The notes beneath the pieces were generated by a model. It did not search any database and was not told where the DNA came from. It saw nothing but the letters and a program-made list of their open reading frames with translations. A stretch of DNA of 64,000 nucleotides from Squalus acanthias (Eukaryota): assembly GCA_030390025.1 (NCBI GenBank), contig CM059431.1, forward strand, positions 103,170,001 through 103,234,000, given 5' to 3'. Shown piece by piece: positions 11,312 to 23,718 of this stretch (position 1 is its first letter; each line of letters starts with the position of its first letter). A program made the position numbers and the translations under genes.

Positions 11312-14300
11312 ATGACAACAGAGAGGGTCATAGACATAGGTAGCAGTAGGGGAATCACAAATCAGAGTGTGGCAGGAAGGGACAGAGTGTGTGGAGTAAA
11401 AGGTAAAGTGGTAAAAAGTGAAAAAGCAGGAACTAAGTGCCACAAAGCATATTTGAAAGTTCTCTATCTGAATGCACGTAGCATTCGTAACAAAATAGAC
11501 GAGTTAATGGCACAAATAACTACATATGGTTATGATATTGTGGCCATTACAGAAACATGGCTGCAGGGTGACAATGCCTGGGAATTAAACATACCAGGTT
11601 ATTTAACGATCAGGAAGGACAGGCAGGAAGGAAGGGGAGGTGGGGTGGCTATGTTAATAAAGGAAGGAATCACTGTAATACAGAGTAATGATATTGGGTC
11701 AAAAAATCATGATAATGAAACAGTTTGGGTGGAGATAAGGAATAATAAGGGGAAAAAAACACTAGTGGGCGTAGTCTATAGGCCTCCGAACAGTTGCAAC
11801 TCTGTTGGACGGAGTATCAATCAGGAAATAGTTGAGGCATGTAATAAGGGAACATCTATAATTATGGGGGATTTTAACTATCATATTAATTGGACAAATC
11901 AAATGGGGCAGGGCTGCCTTGAGGATGAGTTCATTGAGTGTATTAGGGATGGGTTTCTTGAGCAGTATGTAACTGAACCGACCAGGGGGCAAGCAACCTT
12001 AGATCTGGTCCTGTGTAACGAGACAGGATTAATTAAAAATGTCCTAGTAAAGGATCCCCTTGGAATAAGTGACCATAACATGGTTGAATTCCATATTCAA
12101 TTAGAGGGTGAGAAGGTTGGATCTCAAACAAGCGTGCTAAGCTTGAATAAAGGAGACTATGAAGGTATGCGAGCGGAATTGAGTAGAGTGGATTGGGAAA
12201 ATAGATTAAAGGGTAAGACGACACATGATCAGTGGTGTACATTCAAGGAGTTATTTTACAACTTCCAAAAAAAATATATTCCACTGAAAAGAAAAGGGTG
12301 TAAAAGAAAGGACAGTCATCCGTGGCTAAGTAAAGAAATTAAGGATAGTATTCGACTAAAAACAAGGGCATATAAGGTAGCGAAATCTAGTGGGAGGACA
12401 GAGGATTGGGAAAACTTTAAAAGGCAGCAAAAAATAACAAAAAGATTGATTAAGAAAGGGAAGATAGATTATGAAAGTAAATTAGCAAAAAATATAAAAA
12501 CAGATAGTAAGAGTTTTTATAGTTATATAAAAAGAAAAAGGGTGGCTAAAGTAAATGTTGGTCCCTTAGAGGATGAGACCGGGAAATTAATGGTGGGAAA
12601 TATGGAGATGGCAAAAACACTGAATGAATATTTTGTATCAGTCTTTACAGTAGAGGACACTAAGAATATCCCAACACTGGACAAACAGGGGGCTATAGGG
12701 GGAGAGGAGCTAAACACGATCAAAATCACTAAGGAAGTGGTACTCGGTAAAATAATGGGACTCAAGGCAGATAAATCACCTGGACCTGATGGCTTACATC
12801 CTAGAGTCTTGAAGGAAGTGGCGGTAGGGATTGTAGATGCATTGGTAATNNNNNNNNNNNNNNNNNNNNNNNNNNNNNNNNNNNNNNNNNNNNNNNNNNN
12901 NNNNNNNNNNNNNNNNNNNNNNNNNNNNNNNNNNNNNNNNNNNNNNNNNNNNNNNNNNNNNNNNNNNNNNNNNNNNNNNNNNNNNNNNNNNNNNNNNNNN
13001 NNNNNNNNNNNNNNNNNNNNNNNNNNNNNNNNNNNNNNNNNNNNNNNNNAATTTTTCAAAACTCCCTGGATTCCGCTAAGGTCCCGGCAGACTGGAAAAC
13101 TGCTAATGTAACACCCTTATTTAAAAAGGGCAGTAGACAGAAGGCTGGTAACTATAGACCGGTTAGCCTAACATCTGTGGTAGGTAAAATTTTGGAGTCC
13201 ATTATTAAGGAAACAGTAACAGGACATTTGGAAAATCATAATTTAATAGGACAAAGTCAGCATGGTTTTACGAAGGGGAAGTCATGTTTGACAAATTTGC
13301 TGGAGTTCTTTGAGGAAGTAACATATAGAGTGGATAAAGGGGAACCAGTGGACGTAGTGTATTTAGACTTCCAAAAGGCATTTGACAAGGTGCCACACAA
13401 AAGATTATTGCTTAAGGTAAAAAATCACGGGATTGGGGGTAATATTCTGGCATGGATAGAGGATTGGCTATCTAACAGAAAGCAAAGAGTTGGGATAAAT
13501 GGTTCATTCTCAGACTGGCAATCAGTAACTAGTGGTGTTCCACAGGGGTCAGTGCTGGGTCCCCAACTCTTTACAATCTATATTAACGATTTGGAGGAGG
13601 GGACCAAGTGTAACATATCAAAATTTGCAGATGATACAAAGATGGGAGGGAAAGTAGTGAGTGAGGAGGACATAAAAAACCTGCAAGGGGACATAGACAG
13701 GCTAAGTAAGTGGGCAGAGATTTGGCAGATGGAATACAACACTGGAAAGTGTGAGGTGATGCACTTTGGCAGGAAAAATCCTAGAGCAATTTATTATCTT
13801 AATGGCAAGAAACTGGAGAGTACTGAAGTGCAAAGGGCTCTGGGGGTCCTGGTGCACGAAACTCAAAAGGTTAGTATGCAGGTGCAGCAAGTGATTAAGA
13901 AGGCAAATGGAATGTTGGCTTTCATTGCTAGGGGATAGAATATAAAAATAGGGAGGTATTGCTTCAGTTGTACAAGGTATTGGTGAGACCGCACCTGGAA
14001 TACTGCATACAGTTTTGGTGTCCTTACTTAAGGAAAGACATCCTTGCTCTCGAGGCAGTGCAAAAAAGGTTCACTCGGTTAATCCCGGGGATGAGGGGGT
14101 GGTCATATGAGGAGAGGTTGGGTAGATTGGGACTCTACTCATTGGAGTTCAGAAGAATGAGAGGCGATCTTATTGAAACATATAAGATTGTGAAGGGGTT
14201 GGATCGGGTGGATGCGGGGAGGATGTTCCCGATGACGGGTGAGACTAGAACTAGGGGACATAGTCTTAGAATAAGGGGCTGCTCTTTCAAAACTGAGATG

Positions 14301-14462
14301 AGGAGGAACTACTTCACTCAGAGGGTGGTAGGTCCATGGAATATGCTGCCACAAAAAGCTGTAGAAGCTACATCATTAAATAAATTTAAAACAGAAATAG
14401 ACAGTTTCCTAGAAGTAAAGGGCATTAAGGGTTACGGGGAGCGGGCAGGAATTTGGACATGA
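11312..14462 (+). pseudogene. CR1 ORF2 (APE endonuclease + reverse transcriptase), one apparent frameshift
   Basis: LYLNARS, ITETW, GDFN and SDH endonuclease motifs; KSPGPDG, LDFQKAFD, GVPQGSVLGP and FADD RT motifs; frame continuous if the Ns are removed; 1-nt frameshift in the G run at about 13931-13934. Confidence 0.9.
12850..13049. other. Assembly gap (200 N)
   Basis: Run of N. Confidence 1.
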
Positions 14463-14817
14463 GTCTAGGTTCGGATCGGTCATGGCCCTGTGGGTAGTGG
14501 AGCGGGCCCAGGGACCGTGTAGCCTGATTCTGCTCCTATTTCGTGTGTGCAATTCTGTTAGATGCAGGAGATGGTTCTGTGATAGTAGATTGGCGGTTAG
14601 GATCAGATCAGCCATGATCTTATTGAATGGCGGAGCAGGCTCGAGGGGCCGATTGGCCTACTCCTGCTCCTATTTCTTATGTTCTTATGTTCTTATCAGC
14701 ACTATAGGGGTGGCCCTGGGAGCTGGCAGTGTTAGGATGGGGTCTTAGGGTCTAGCAATATTTTAAGGTGCGCTCCCAGAGATCCTCAGCACTGGAAGCC
14801 CCCTGGGTTTCCAGGAA

Positions 14818-15060
14818 GGAAGAAAGGAAGAAAATAAAGAACTGGCATTTACATAAGGAAAGAAAGACTCGCATTTCTCCAGCGCCTTTCACGACCTCAG
14901 GACGTCCCAAAGCGCTTCTCAGCCCAATGAAGTACATTTTTTGACGTGTAGTCACTGTTGTAATGCAGGAAAAGCGGCAGCCCATTTGCGCACAGCAAGC
15001 TCCCACAAACAGCAATCCTTTCACAGCTTCAGGACGTCCCACAGCGTTTCTGAGCCATTA
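14818..15060 (-). mobile_element. Deu-domain SINE 3' fragments
   Basis: AGCGCCTTTCACGACCTCAGGACGTCCC..GCACAGCAAGCTCCCACAAACAGCAAT. Confidence 0.75.
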
Positions 15061-15735
15061 AAGTACCATTAAATCAGACCACGTTGGTACTGGTGTGCTA
15101 CGTATCTCAAGAACTTGCAAGGACAACCTATTCTTTCAGTTTCCTCTCAAGACCTGTCTCAGAGCGGAACACCTCTTGTTGTTTCTCTCTGCTTACCACT
15201 TAGTTGGAATCCTGCCACAGTTTTATTCGTTGGATCTTTGTCCTTTAGGACATTGGCCTCATTGATTCTATTTTCTACAGTGGCTTCTTTCATTTTTTCT
15301 CTAAACAGAAGGGCATCAGCCACTTTATTCTTCATAGCCGTGCCCTTTTACTTTTAATTCTCCTGAGCACATCTGCTCCTCTTTTTTGTGCAGTACGAGC
15401 AACAGCATTGTATTGGAATAAATTTTGACAGTAAAAATTATGAATGCGCCCTTGTTTGTTCACCCGTGTGAATCCTGTACATGTGCAGTTAAATAAGCAG
15501 AACTGTAAGATGTTACATTGTTCTAAAGGATGTTGCCATTATCCGTTACTTATGGAAGGGACTTCTGAAGGACTACGAACTGGGCATGTTTTAATCTGTA
15601 TACATTAGCAATTACAAAAAGAAGCAATCATCGACCTTTCACATTTTGTTCTATTAGAGACAAGCTACATTATTGACAGAATGTTGAAACAGTTTATGAA
15701 CTCCATATTGATTTAGTGTTCTGACTGAATCCTAT

Positions 15736-16143
15736 GGGGGAAAAATTGTGTGGCCCCCCCTTTTGGGGCGCTAACCCGAAAAAGTTGGCGCCCCTCCGCC
15801 AGAAATTCAGTAGTAGCGTCCCAAGCGGGAGGTGGGGCGCTACTACTGAAGTTCGTGGCGGTGCGTGCAACAGCGCCAAATAAAATGGCCGCCCGACACC
15901 TGCCCTTTAAGTAGCGCCACCGCCAAACCGCCCCCCTGATCCTGTCGCACATATCGCCCGGCGCTAGGTCAGGGGGCGCAAGGGAAGTTTGCGGCTGGGG
16001 CGCTGCGCATGCTGATGATGTCATCGCCAGCGGCGCAGCACCACGGGGCCCTACCGGCTACCGCCGCCGCTAACCTCCCGCTGAATTTCACAGGAGGTGT
16101 TATTGGTGCTGCGCCCGGGCGCTAGTGGATTTGTGCCCCGTTA
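15736..16143. mobile_element. Harbinger MITE, one end lost (related to 35768-36430)
   Basis: Starts TAT-GGGGGAAAAATT; internal blocks shared with 35768-36430; no right TIR. Confidence 0.75.
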
Positions 16144-16315
16144 GAAAGCTGTCTGTTTATTGCTGAATCCACAGTTCTAACTAGTGTATATTTCCTGTAC
16201 ATAAGACCTATGTACGAGAGAACCTGACCAGCAACAGAACATAAAAGGGATGATAAAAACAGAAAACGCTGGAAAGACTCAGCAGGTCAGGCAGCATCTG
16301 TGGAGAGAGAAACAG

Positions 16316-16353
16316 AGTTAAACATTTCAGGTCTGCGACCCTTCATCAGAACT
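16316..16353 (-). ncRNA. Minimal type I hammerhead ribozyme (degenerate)
   Basis: AGTT-CTGATGA-AGGGTC-GCA-GACCT-GAAA-TGTTT-AACT; stem III altered. Confidence 0.6.
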
Positions 16354-16712
16354 GGAAAAAGTTAGAGATGGAACAGGTTTTAAGCAGGTGCAGAGGCTGG
16401 GAAAGGGGGGAGGGGAGGAAAGAACAAAAGGGACAGTCCGTGATAGGGTTTAATTCACGGCCACTTCTCTTCCAGGAATGCCCACCTTGAAGAAGTTCTG
16501 CTCTTCTCTCCGACGGGAATTCCATTTGTCTCTTTTACCTTGTTCACCTTGAGTGCTTTCTGTTTCGTTTCTCGTGTTTGATCAGGGTAGCTACCAAAAC
16601 TCGTTTTCACAGCCACCCTATCACAGACCGTCCCTTTTGTTCTTTCCTCCCCTCCCCCCTCTTTCCCTGCCCCTGCACCTGGTTAAAACCTGTTACATCT
16701 CTAACATCGTCC

Positions 16713-16749
16713 AGTTCTGACGAAGGGACACAGACCTGAAACGTTAACT
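16713..16749 (+). ncRNA. Minimal type I hammerhead ribozyme
   Basis: AGTT-CTGACGA-AGGGAC-ACA-GACCT-GAAA-CG-TT-AACT; palindromic AACGTT stem III; one stem II mismatch. Confidence 0.7.
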
Positions 16750-17077
16750 CTGTTTCTCTCTCCCCGGATGCTGCCTGACCTGCCGAGTATTTCCAGCATT
16801 TTCTGTGTTTTGTTTCGGATTCCAGCATCGTGCAGGGTTTTGCTATTGTGTTATAAAAGGGATGATACTGAGCGTCGGGGCTTTTTGCCGACATCATTTA
16901 CTTGTTCTGTTCTCGATTATTCTCTTTCATTTTGAACTGAAGGACGGTAAATGCGGCAAGAATTTATTTTTTCTGGAGTTCTTGAAGTACTAATGGAAGA
17001 GCTGAAAAAGGGAAATAACAACAGAAAACGCTGGAAACACTCAGCAGGTCAGGCAGCATCTGTGAAGAGAGAAACAG

Positions 17078-17114
17078 AGTCAACGTTTCAGGTCGGTGAC
17101 CCTTCGTCAGAACT
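17078..17114 (-). ncRNA. Minimal type I hammerhead ribozyme
   Basis: AGTT-CTGACGA-AGGGTC-ACC-GACCT-GAAA-CG-TT-GACT; intact core and stems. Confidence 0.75.
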
Positions 17115-17131
17115 GGAAAAAGTTGGAGATG

Positions 17132-18843
17132 TGTAGAATTCGCAATATATCGCGATTTTATAAATAAGGAGAAAACACATAGTTTCGTTCAAACAGCTTT
17201 ATTTCAGCAGAATGCTGTCAGGTTTTCAAAGTGGACACAAGCAGCCTGTAAAATGGCCACCACGCCTCGTGGCGGAACATTCTAGACTTTTCGACAAGCA
17301 GACAAGATGGCGTTCCAATAAACATTTGTGCAAGATCGATCAAGACTAAGCACATTTAAGATAATACACGAGACATCATGGGTTTGCAGTATACACATAA
17401 ATACTGAAATCGGTCTCCCAGGTGCGAATAAGGGCTATTGTACCAAATAATCAAGAACCCATCCAAAGACATTAATATGCAAAATCCCAACGACTCTACG
17501 ATGAGAGAGCCGTTAGCGGGTAGTTACAGAAAACATTTGGGAGCCCCAAAACCCCTCCAGGGAGAACACCGACCGATTAAACAATGAGAGAAATATTAAC
17601 AGGTACTCAGACTGTTACGAGTATCCCCGAAACCCATTTAAAACGGAGATCACCCTATACAAGAAATTTGAGCGCCAAACCCTAACAAAAGAAAAGGACA
17701 TTAAGGTTGGGTGGGAAAAGGAAGAGTTTTGCACTATAACTGCAAGCTCCAACCGTCCATCTTTCTCTTATCTTGCTGGCGTTTATCCTCGTGGCTGCTT
17801 CTGTGCTCTTATCCTTTCGACTCGTGCCGCTTGCCTCGTGTCTCTGCCTCTTGCAGCTTTAAAGACTGTTGAACTTTACGATCCGCCAGGATCTGCCTCG
17901 TGGCTTGCCGCGAAGATCTGTGTGGAACTGGGCTGTGAAGCCTTGAAACGGGCGCACCATCCCGAGAAGTCGGTAAACGGTGTTGGAACCGAAGGCCCGA
18001 GATGAGATGAGATGAGATGAGATGAGATGAGAAGAGAAGAAGACCATACGTATCGCCACGGTCAGTAAGCTCCGACCGCGCCTGTAGGTCGAATAGACAC
18101 CTTCCTTGCCCAGGAAGACCATCTTTGAATTTTACAGAACAGCCAGGAAGACTATTCTTCGAATTTTATCGCATCAGTGCGAGGGCACAGGAAGACTCTT
18201 TTTTTGAGTAGAGTCGGAACTCCGAGGACAACACAGATCTTCATGACAGCAGACATGCCAGCCTGCTAGCCGGAGCAGAAACGAGTAAATAAGTGGGGTA
18301 CAGAGACCCCTGATCAACACGTGGGTGGTCAGGTGCTGCGGTGGAAAAACATCCGATCAGAGTTTTCGGAATTCTCCGAGTTATCACGAGTGGTGAGCAT
18401 GAGTCTCGATCCTACAAGTCTAGTTTAGAGCAGGTATTGATAGGGGAGGGTTTAAGTTTTAAGGATAACTGTAATGTGTGCCCCCATTTACGATGTGTCG
18501 TTCGTTCCTCGTTTCCCTGAAATTAGTAACATGACTGCGTGTAAGATTGTACTGTCATTAATCTGTGCTTATGACATGTATTTCGTAATCTTGAATAATA
18601 TGCAATAAAGATTTTCCATTTCGTACCATTCAACCGGGTCTACCTGAGTTTTCTCTCCATTACTGCTCTCGCATCTAAGTCCAGTGTCAGAACCGTAAGG
18701 GCGAGTGGGTCGAACCACTCACAGGTGTCTAGTGCTCCCAGACTGGCTGGAGACCAGAACAGGCAACAAGGCCTAAACTCGCACTAGCATCCAGGCTGCA
18801 CAGAGCCACACGAATCTCACAGGTTCAGAGAGAAACCCTTACA
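17132..18843 (+). mobile_element. Solo LTR, about 1.7 kb
   Basis: TGTA...TACA termini, 4-bp TSD GATG (17128-17131, 18844-18847), AATAAA near 18604, internal (GATGA)n at 18001-18030. Confidence 0.8.
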
Positions 18844-19274
18844 GATGTAACAGGTTTTAAGCAGGTGCAGAGGCAGGGAAAGGGGGGAGGGGGAGGAGGA
18901 GGGGAGGAAGGAATTGAAGGGATGATCTGTGCTAGGATTGAACTCAGGAGAGGATTAAATATTGCAAATGGAGACGGCAGAATCATCAACAGTTGAAAAA
19001 GGGAACTCGGTTGGCTGGACGAGAAGTCGCCTGGTCCAGAATCTGGCTTTAACCCGATGAGTGCACACCTGAATCCAAAGTCAGAAGGTGAATTTCTCAG
19101 GGTTCTAGGTGATGGACATGAGCCCGAGCCAAACCCAAAATAGAAACGGCATTTGTCCTGTCAGCCTTTAATCATCTTAAACACCTCAATTAGATTACCC
19201 GTTAATCTTCCATACTCAAAGGGAATACAAGCTTAGTCTATGCAACCTGTTCTTATAATTTAACACTTTAGCAC

Positions 19275-20215
19275 CTTATGCAGAAGAGATGGACAATGTG
19301 GAGCGCTCTTTGAAAGGCATCTTGAAGGGGTACACCAGACCGGTCCAGAAAACTGAACCTCTGCTTCATCATCCCTATAGAAGCATAGAAGATAGGAGCA
19401 GGAGTAGGCCATTCGGCCCCTCGAGCCTGCTCCACCACTTAATGAGATCATGGCTGATCATCCAAATTCAGTACCCTGTCCCTGCTTTCTCCCCATATCC
19501 CTTGATCCCTTTAGCCTTAAGAAATATATCTATCTCCTTCTTGAATATATTTAATGAATTGGCCTCAACTGCCTTCTGTGGTAGAGAATTCCACAGGTTC
19601 ACCACTCTCTGGATGAAGAAATTCCTCCTCATCTCAGTCCTAAATGGCTTACCCCTTATCCTTAGACTGTGACCTCTGGTTCTGGACTCCCTCGCCATCG
19701 GGAACATCCTTCCTGCATCTAGTCTGTCTAGTCCTGTTAGAATTTTATAAGTTTCAATGAGATCCCCTCTCATTCTTCTAAACTCTAGCGAATACAAGCC
19801 TAATCGACCCAATCTCTCTTCATACGTCATTCCTGCCATCCCAGGTATCAGTCTGGTAAATCTTCGCTGCACTCCCTCCATGGCAAGAACATCCTTCCTC
19901 AGATAAGGCGACCAAAACTGCAAACAATACTCAAGGTGTGGTCTCACCAAGGCCTTGTACAACTGCAGCAAGACATCCTTGCTCCTGTACTCGAATCCTC
20001 TCGCTATGAAGGCCATGGTGTGCTCAATAATGATCCTGGTGGTCCCCTGGCTTTAATTAGAGATGGGTTAATCAGGCGAACTGGGGTTGCGGAGGAGGGT
20101 GTCACGAGCCAAGTCCGTGGGGGCACCCCTTATTCCCCCATCAGCAGTCGTGCAAGGTTTCTGGGAGGGTCTAATATTGGAAGAATGGGACAATCTCGCA
20201 TGATAAATGCCCTCC
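19275..20215 (-). pseudogene. Fossil Harbinger transposase fragment interrupted by CR1
   Basis: Minus strand gives ..LLMGE*GVPPRTWLVTP..TTRIIIEH (20018-20150) and IGMMKQRFSFLDRSGVPLQ (19320-19378), matching WLLGDKGYPLSTWLMTP..ATRNIIER and IGVLKQRFRCLDHSGGALQ. Confidence 0.65.
19380..20016 (-). mobile_element. CR1 LINE 3' fragment
   Basis: 182-aa ORF2 C-terminus (LYKALVRPHLEYC..WNSLP). Confidence 0.92.
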
Positions 20216-20231
20216 AAAAACCTGAACATAG

Positions 20232-20688
20232 GGCATTCACTAGAATGGTACCAGGGATGAGGGTCTTCAGTTATGTGGAGAGACTGGAGAAACTGGGATT
20301 GTTCTCCTTAGAGTGGAGAAGCTTAAGAGGAGACTTAATAGAGGTGTTCAAAATCATGAAGGGTTTTGATAAAGTAAATGAGGAGAAACTGTTTCCACTG
20401 GCAGACGGGTCAGTGATTTCTGGTTATTGGCAAACAACAAGAGGCGACATGAGGAATTTTAACGCAGCGAGTTGTTGTGATCTGGAATGCGCTGCCTGAA
20501 AGGGCGGTGGAAGCAGATTCAATAGTAACTTTCAAAGGGCATTGGATTAATACCTGAAGGGGAAAAAGTTTCAGGGCTATGGGGAAAGAGCAGGGGGAGT
20601 GGGATTAATTGGATCGCTCTTTCATAGGAATGATGGGCCGAATGGCCTCCTTCTGTGCTGTATCATTCTCTGATTCTCTGATTCTATG
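20232..20688 (+). mobile_element. CR1 LINE 3' fragment
   Basis: ERLEKLGLFSLE..DLIEVFKIM; 8-bp ATTCTCTG/ATTCTATG tail. Confidence 0.88.
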
Positions 20689-20989
20689 ACAGTGTAAAGA
20701 ACCCAATAAAGTAAGCAATTTAATGTCCTGCAAAATGAAAGCTAACCTGCTTTAAACAGTTTCATGATAGTCGAGAAATTATTCATTCGCTTTTTCCATT
20801 TTTCTCTTCCTCTGTTGGGATCGCCCAATTCTTAGACTGCTATAGAATTTTTCTCACCAAAGGTTCCACATTTAAACTGCCAACACAAACCCCTTCAAGT
20901 TTCAATCATTATGACGGTCCACATGGTAAGTTAATGCTAATCAGAACCTTCTAAATGTTCTTCAAGCAGGTTTTCTTATTCTGCTATAG

Positions 20990-21478
20990 AAGCACTGGAG
21001 TAAGAGCAAAAAAGATTTACAAGGATGATACCAGAAATGAAAGGGTACAACTATCAGGAAAGATTGAACAGGCTGGGGCTCTAGAAAAGAGAAGGTGGAG
21101 GGGTGACCTGATAGAGGTCTTTAAAATTAAGAATGGGTTTGATAGGGTAGACGCAGAGAAGATGTTTCCACTTGTGGGGGAGACCAGAACGAGAGCCATA
21201 AATATAAGATAGTCACTAATAAATCCAATAGGGAATTCAGGAGAAACTTCTTTAACCAGAGAGTGGTGAGAATGTGGAACTCGCTACCAAAGGGAGTGGT
21301 TAAGGCGATTTGCATAGACGCATTTAAGGGGAAGCTAGATATGAGGGAGAAAGGAATAGAGGGTTATGCTGATAGGGTGAGATGAAGTAAGGTGGGAGGA
21401 GGCTCATGTGGAGCTTAAACTCCGGCATGGACCAGTTGGGCTGAATGGCCTGTTTCCGTGCTGTACATACGATGTAAT
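20990..21478 (+). mobile_element. CR1 LINE 3' fragment
   Basis: GDLIEVFKI..FDRVD and CR1 3' UTR. Confidence 0.88.
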
Positions 21479-21654
21479 TATTCTGCTAACTTTCGATGCC
21501 ATGATTTGGCGCACTGAATTGCCCGACCCCTCCATTAAATTCCAGTGCATTGTATCGCATGGGTCCTAAAACTGCAGCTACAGTTGAATGACCCCTTCTT
21601 CTAATGGACTGCACTTGCCCAGACACCAAAGCCCCAATTTGTTTCATTAAAAAA

Positions 21655-21990
21655 CATAATAAGTTGCATTTCTACAGCGCCTTTCACGACCTCAGGACGT
21701 CCCAAAGCGCTTTACTGCCAATGAAGTGCTTTTTGAAGTGTAGTTACTGTTGTAATGTAGGAAACACGGCAGCCAATTTGTGCACAGCAAGCTCCCACAA
21801 ACAGCAATGTGATAATGACCAGATAATCTGTTTTTTTTCAGTGATGTTGGCTGCGGGATAAAGATCGGCCCCAGGACACCGGGGAGGACTCTCTCCTGCT
21901 CTTCTTCGAAATAGCGGCCGTGGGATCTTTTACGTTCAACTGAGAGAGCAGACGGGGGCCTCGGTTTAACGCCTCATCCGAAAGACAGCA
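21655..21990 (-). mobile_element. Deu-domain SINE, 5' truncated
   Basis: Reverse-complement homology to 527-987. Confidence 0.8.
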
Positions 21991-23718
21991 TTGGAATGAC
22001 GCATGAGTTTGGTAATTGCTACTAATTTCGTAATGAAAAATTGGTATGGCGGGGGGTGGGGGGGGGGGGGGGGGGGGGGGGTTGGCGTGACCACAGCACA
22101 ATACGGAACTGTTCATATAAAGCAAAAAGATAATAACGCAGCTAAGAGGCGGAACATTTTGTTTGAGCAATGAGCCAACAGACAGCAAAATTCTGACAAC
22201 AGTTCGTTACAACAAAGTCCTCTTTGCAATTTATACTATGTTGTTTACTCGCAGACAATTTCCTCCCATTAAAATTGTAGTTACGGCCCTGGAATTACAC
22301 AGGTGGAACATTCAGGTAGATACGGAAGAGATAAGAAGCTTTCCAATGAAAGGAAAATGACAGGGCTAAAATTAATGTATCAAACACACTCCAGAATAAA
22401 GGGGACAAAAGGAACCTTGAGCTGTTTTTGACGTTAATTATTTGCACAATATTAAAAATGCTATCTCCTGCTCTGAGTCTTTGCTTTTTTTTGAGATATC
22501 CACGCTAGATACCAGTAAGGTCTTGTGCTCCTCCAATCTTTTTTCCCTTTCCTGAAGACTTGGTGAATTGTGTTGCCGCTTAAATTCAACCACACCGACA
22601 GCTCTCTGTTACTTTTGCCATCTGACTACTCCTAATTTGTATACTGTGTGTGTGTGTGTGTATTCAACAATGGGATAAGAACATAAGAACATAAGAAATA
22701 GGAGCAGGATGAGGCCATTTGGCCCCTCGAGCCTGCTCCGCCATTCAATAAGATCATGGCTGATCTGATCTTGGCCTCAACTCCACTTCCCTGCCCGCTC
22801 CCCATAACCCTTGACTCCCCTGTTTTTCAAAAATCTGTCTATCTCCACCTTGAATATATTCAATGACCCAGCCTCCACAGCTCTCTGGGGTAGAGAATTC
22901 CAAAGATTCACGACCCTCTGAGAGAAGAAATTCCTCCTCATCTCTGTTTTAAATGGGCGACCCCATATTCTGAAACGATGCCCCCTAGTTCTAGATTCCC
23001 CCACGAGGGGAAACATCCTCTCTGCATCTACCCTGTCACGCCCCCTCAGAATCTTATATGTTTCAATAAGATCACCTCTCATTCTTCTAAACTCCAATGA
23101 GCCTGCTCAACCTTTCCTCATAAGAAAACCCCTTCAACTCAGGAATCAATCTAGTGAACGTTCTCTCAACTGCCTCCAATGAAAGTATATCCTTCCTTAA
23201 ATAAGGAGACCAAAACTGTACGCAGTACTCCAGGCATGGTCTCACCAACAGTTGTAGCAAGACATCCCCACTTTTATACTCCATCCCCCTTGCAATAAAG
23301 GCCAATATTCCATTTACCTTCCTAATTACTTGATGTACCTGCATGCTAACTTTTTGTGTTTCGTGTACAAGGACACCCAGTTCCCTCTCTACCGCAGCAT
23401 TCTGTAGTCTCTCTCCATTTAAATAATATTTTGCTTTTTTATTGTTCCTACCAAAGTGGATAACCTCACATTTTCCCACATTATACTCCATCTGCCAAAT
23501 TTTTGCCCACTCACTTAACCTATCTATATCCCTTTGCAGACTCTTTGGGGTAAAAATTCAGTTGGTTGCGCCTCCCGTTAGCGCCTTAAGAGGGCGCTAA
23601 TGGGGCGCAAAGCCGCTAGCGCCCGGGCGCAGCGATGTTTGCGCCGCTCGGGAACTTAACTAGACATTGTGCGGCGGCGCTAAACTTTACCGCTGCGACC
23701 ACCTGCGCGCGCAGATTG

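Larger units (their letters stand above)
11181..14697 (+). mobile_element. Long 5'-truncated CR1 LINE (end of ORF1 plus whole ORF2 and 3' UTR)
   Basis: ORF1 esterase tail, APE and RT ORF2, TTCTTATG-type repeat tail at about 14675-14697; contains a 200-N gap. Confidence 0.95.
16251..16830. mobile_element. Penelope-like element terminal repeats in inverted arrangement
   Basis: About 200-bp repeat at 16251-16450 and its reverse complement at 16607-16830, each carrying a hammerhead core. Confidence 0.7.
17012..18960 (-). mobile_element. Third Penelope-like terminal repeat, split by a solo LTR
   Basis: ..AAAGTTGGAGATG resumes as TAACAGGTTTTAAGCAGGTGCAGAGG after 18847, collinear with 16251-16450. 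Confidence 0.75.
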
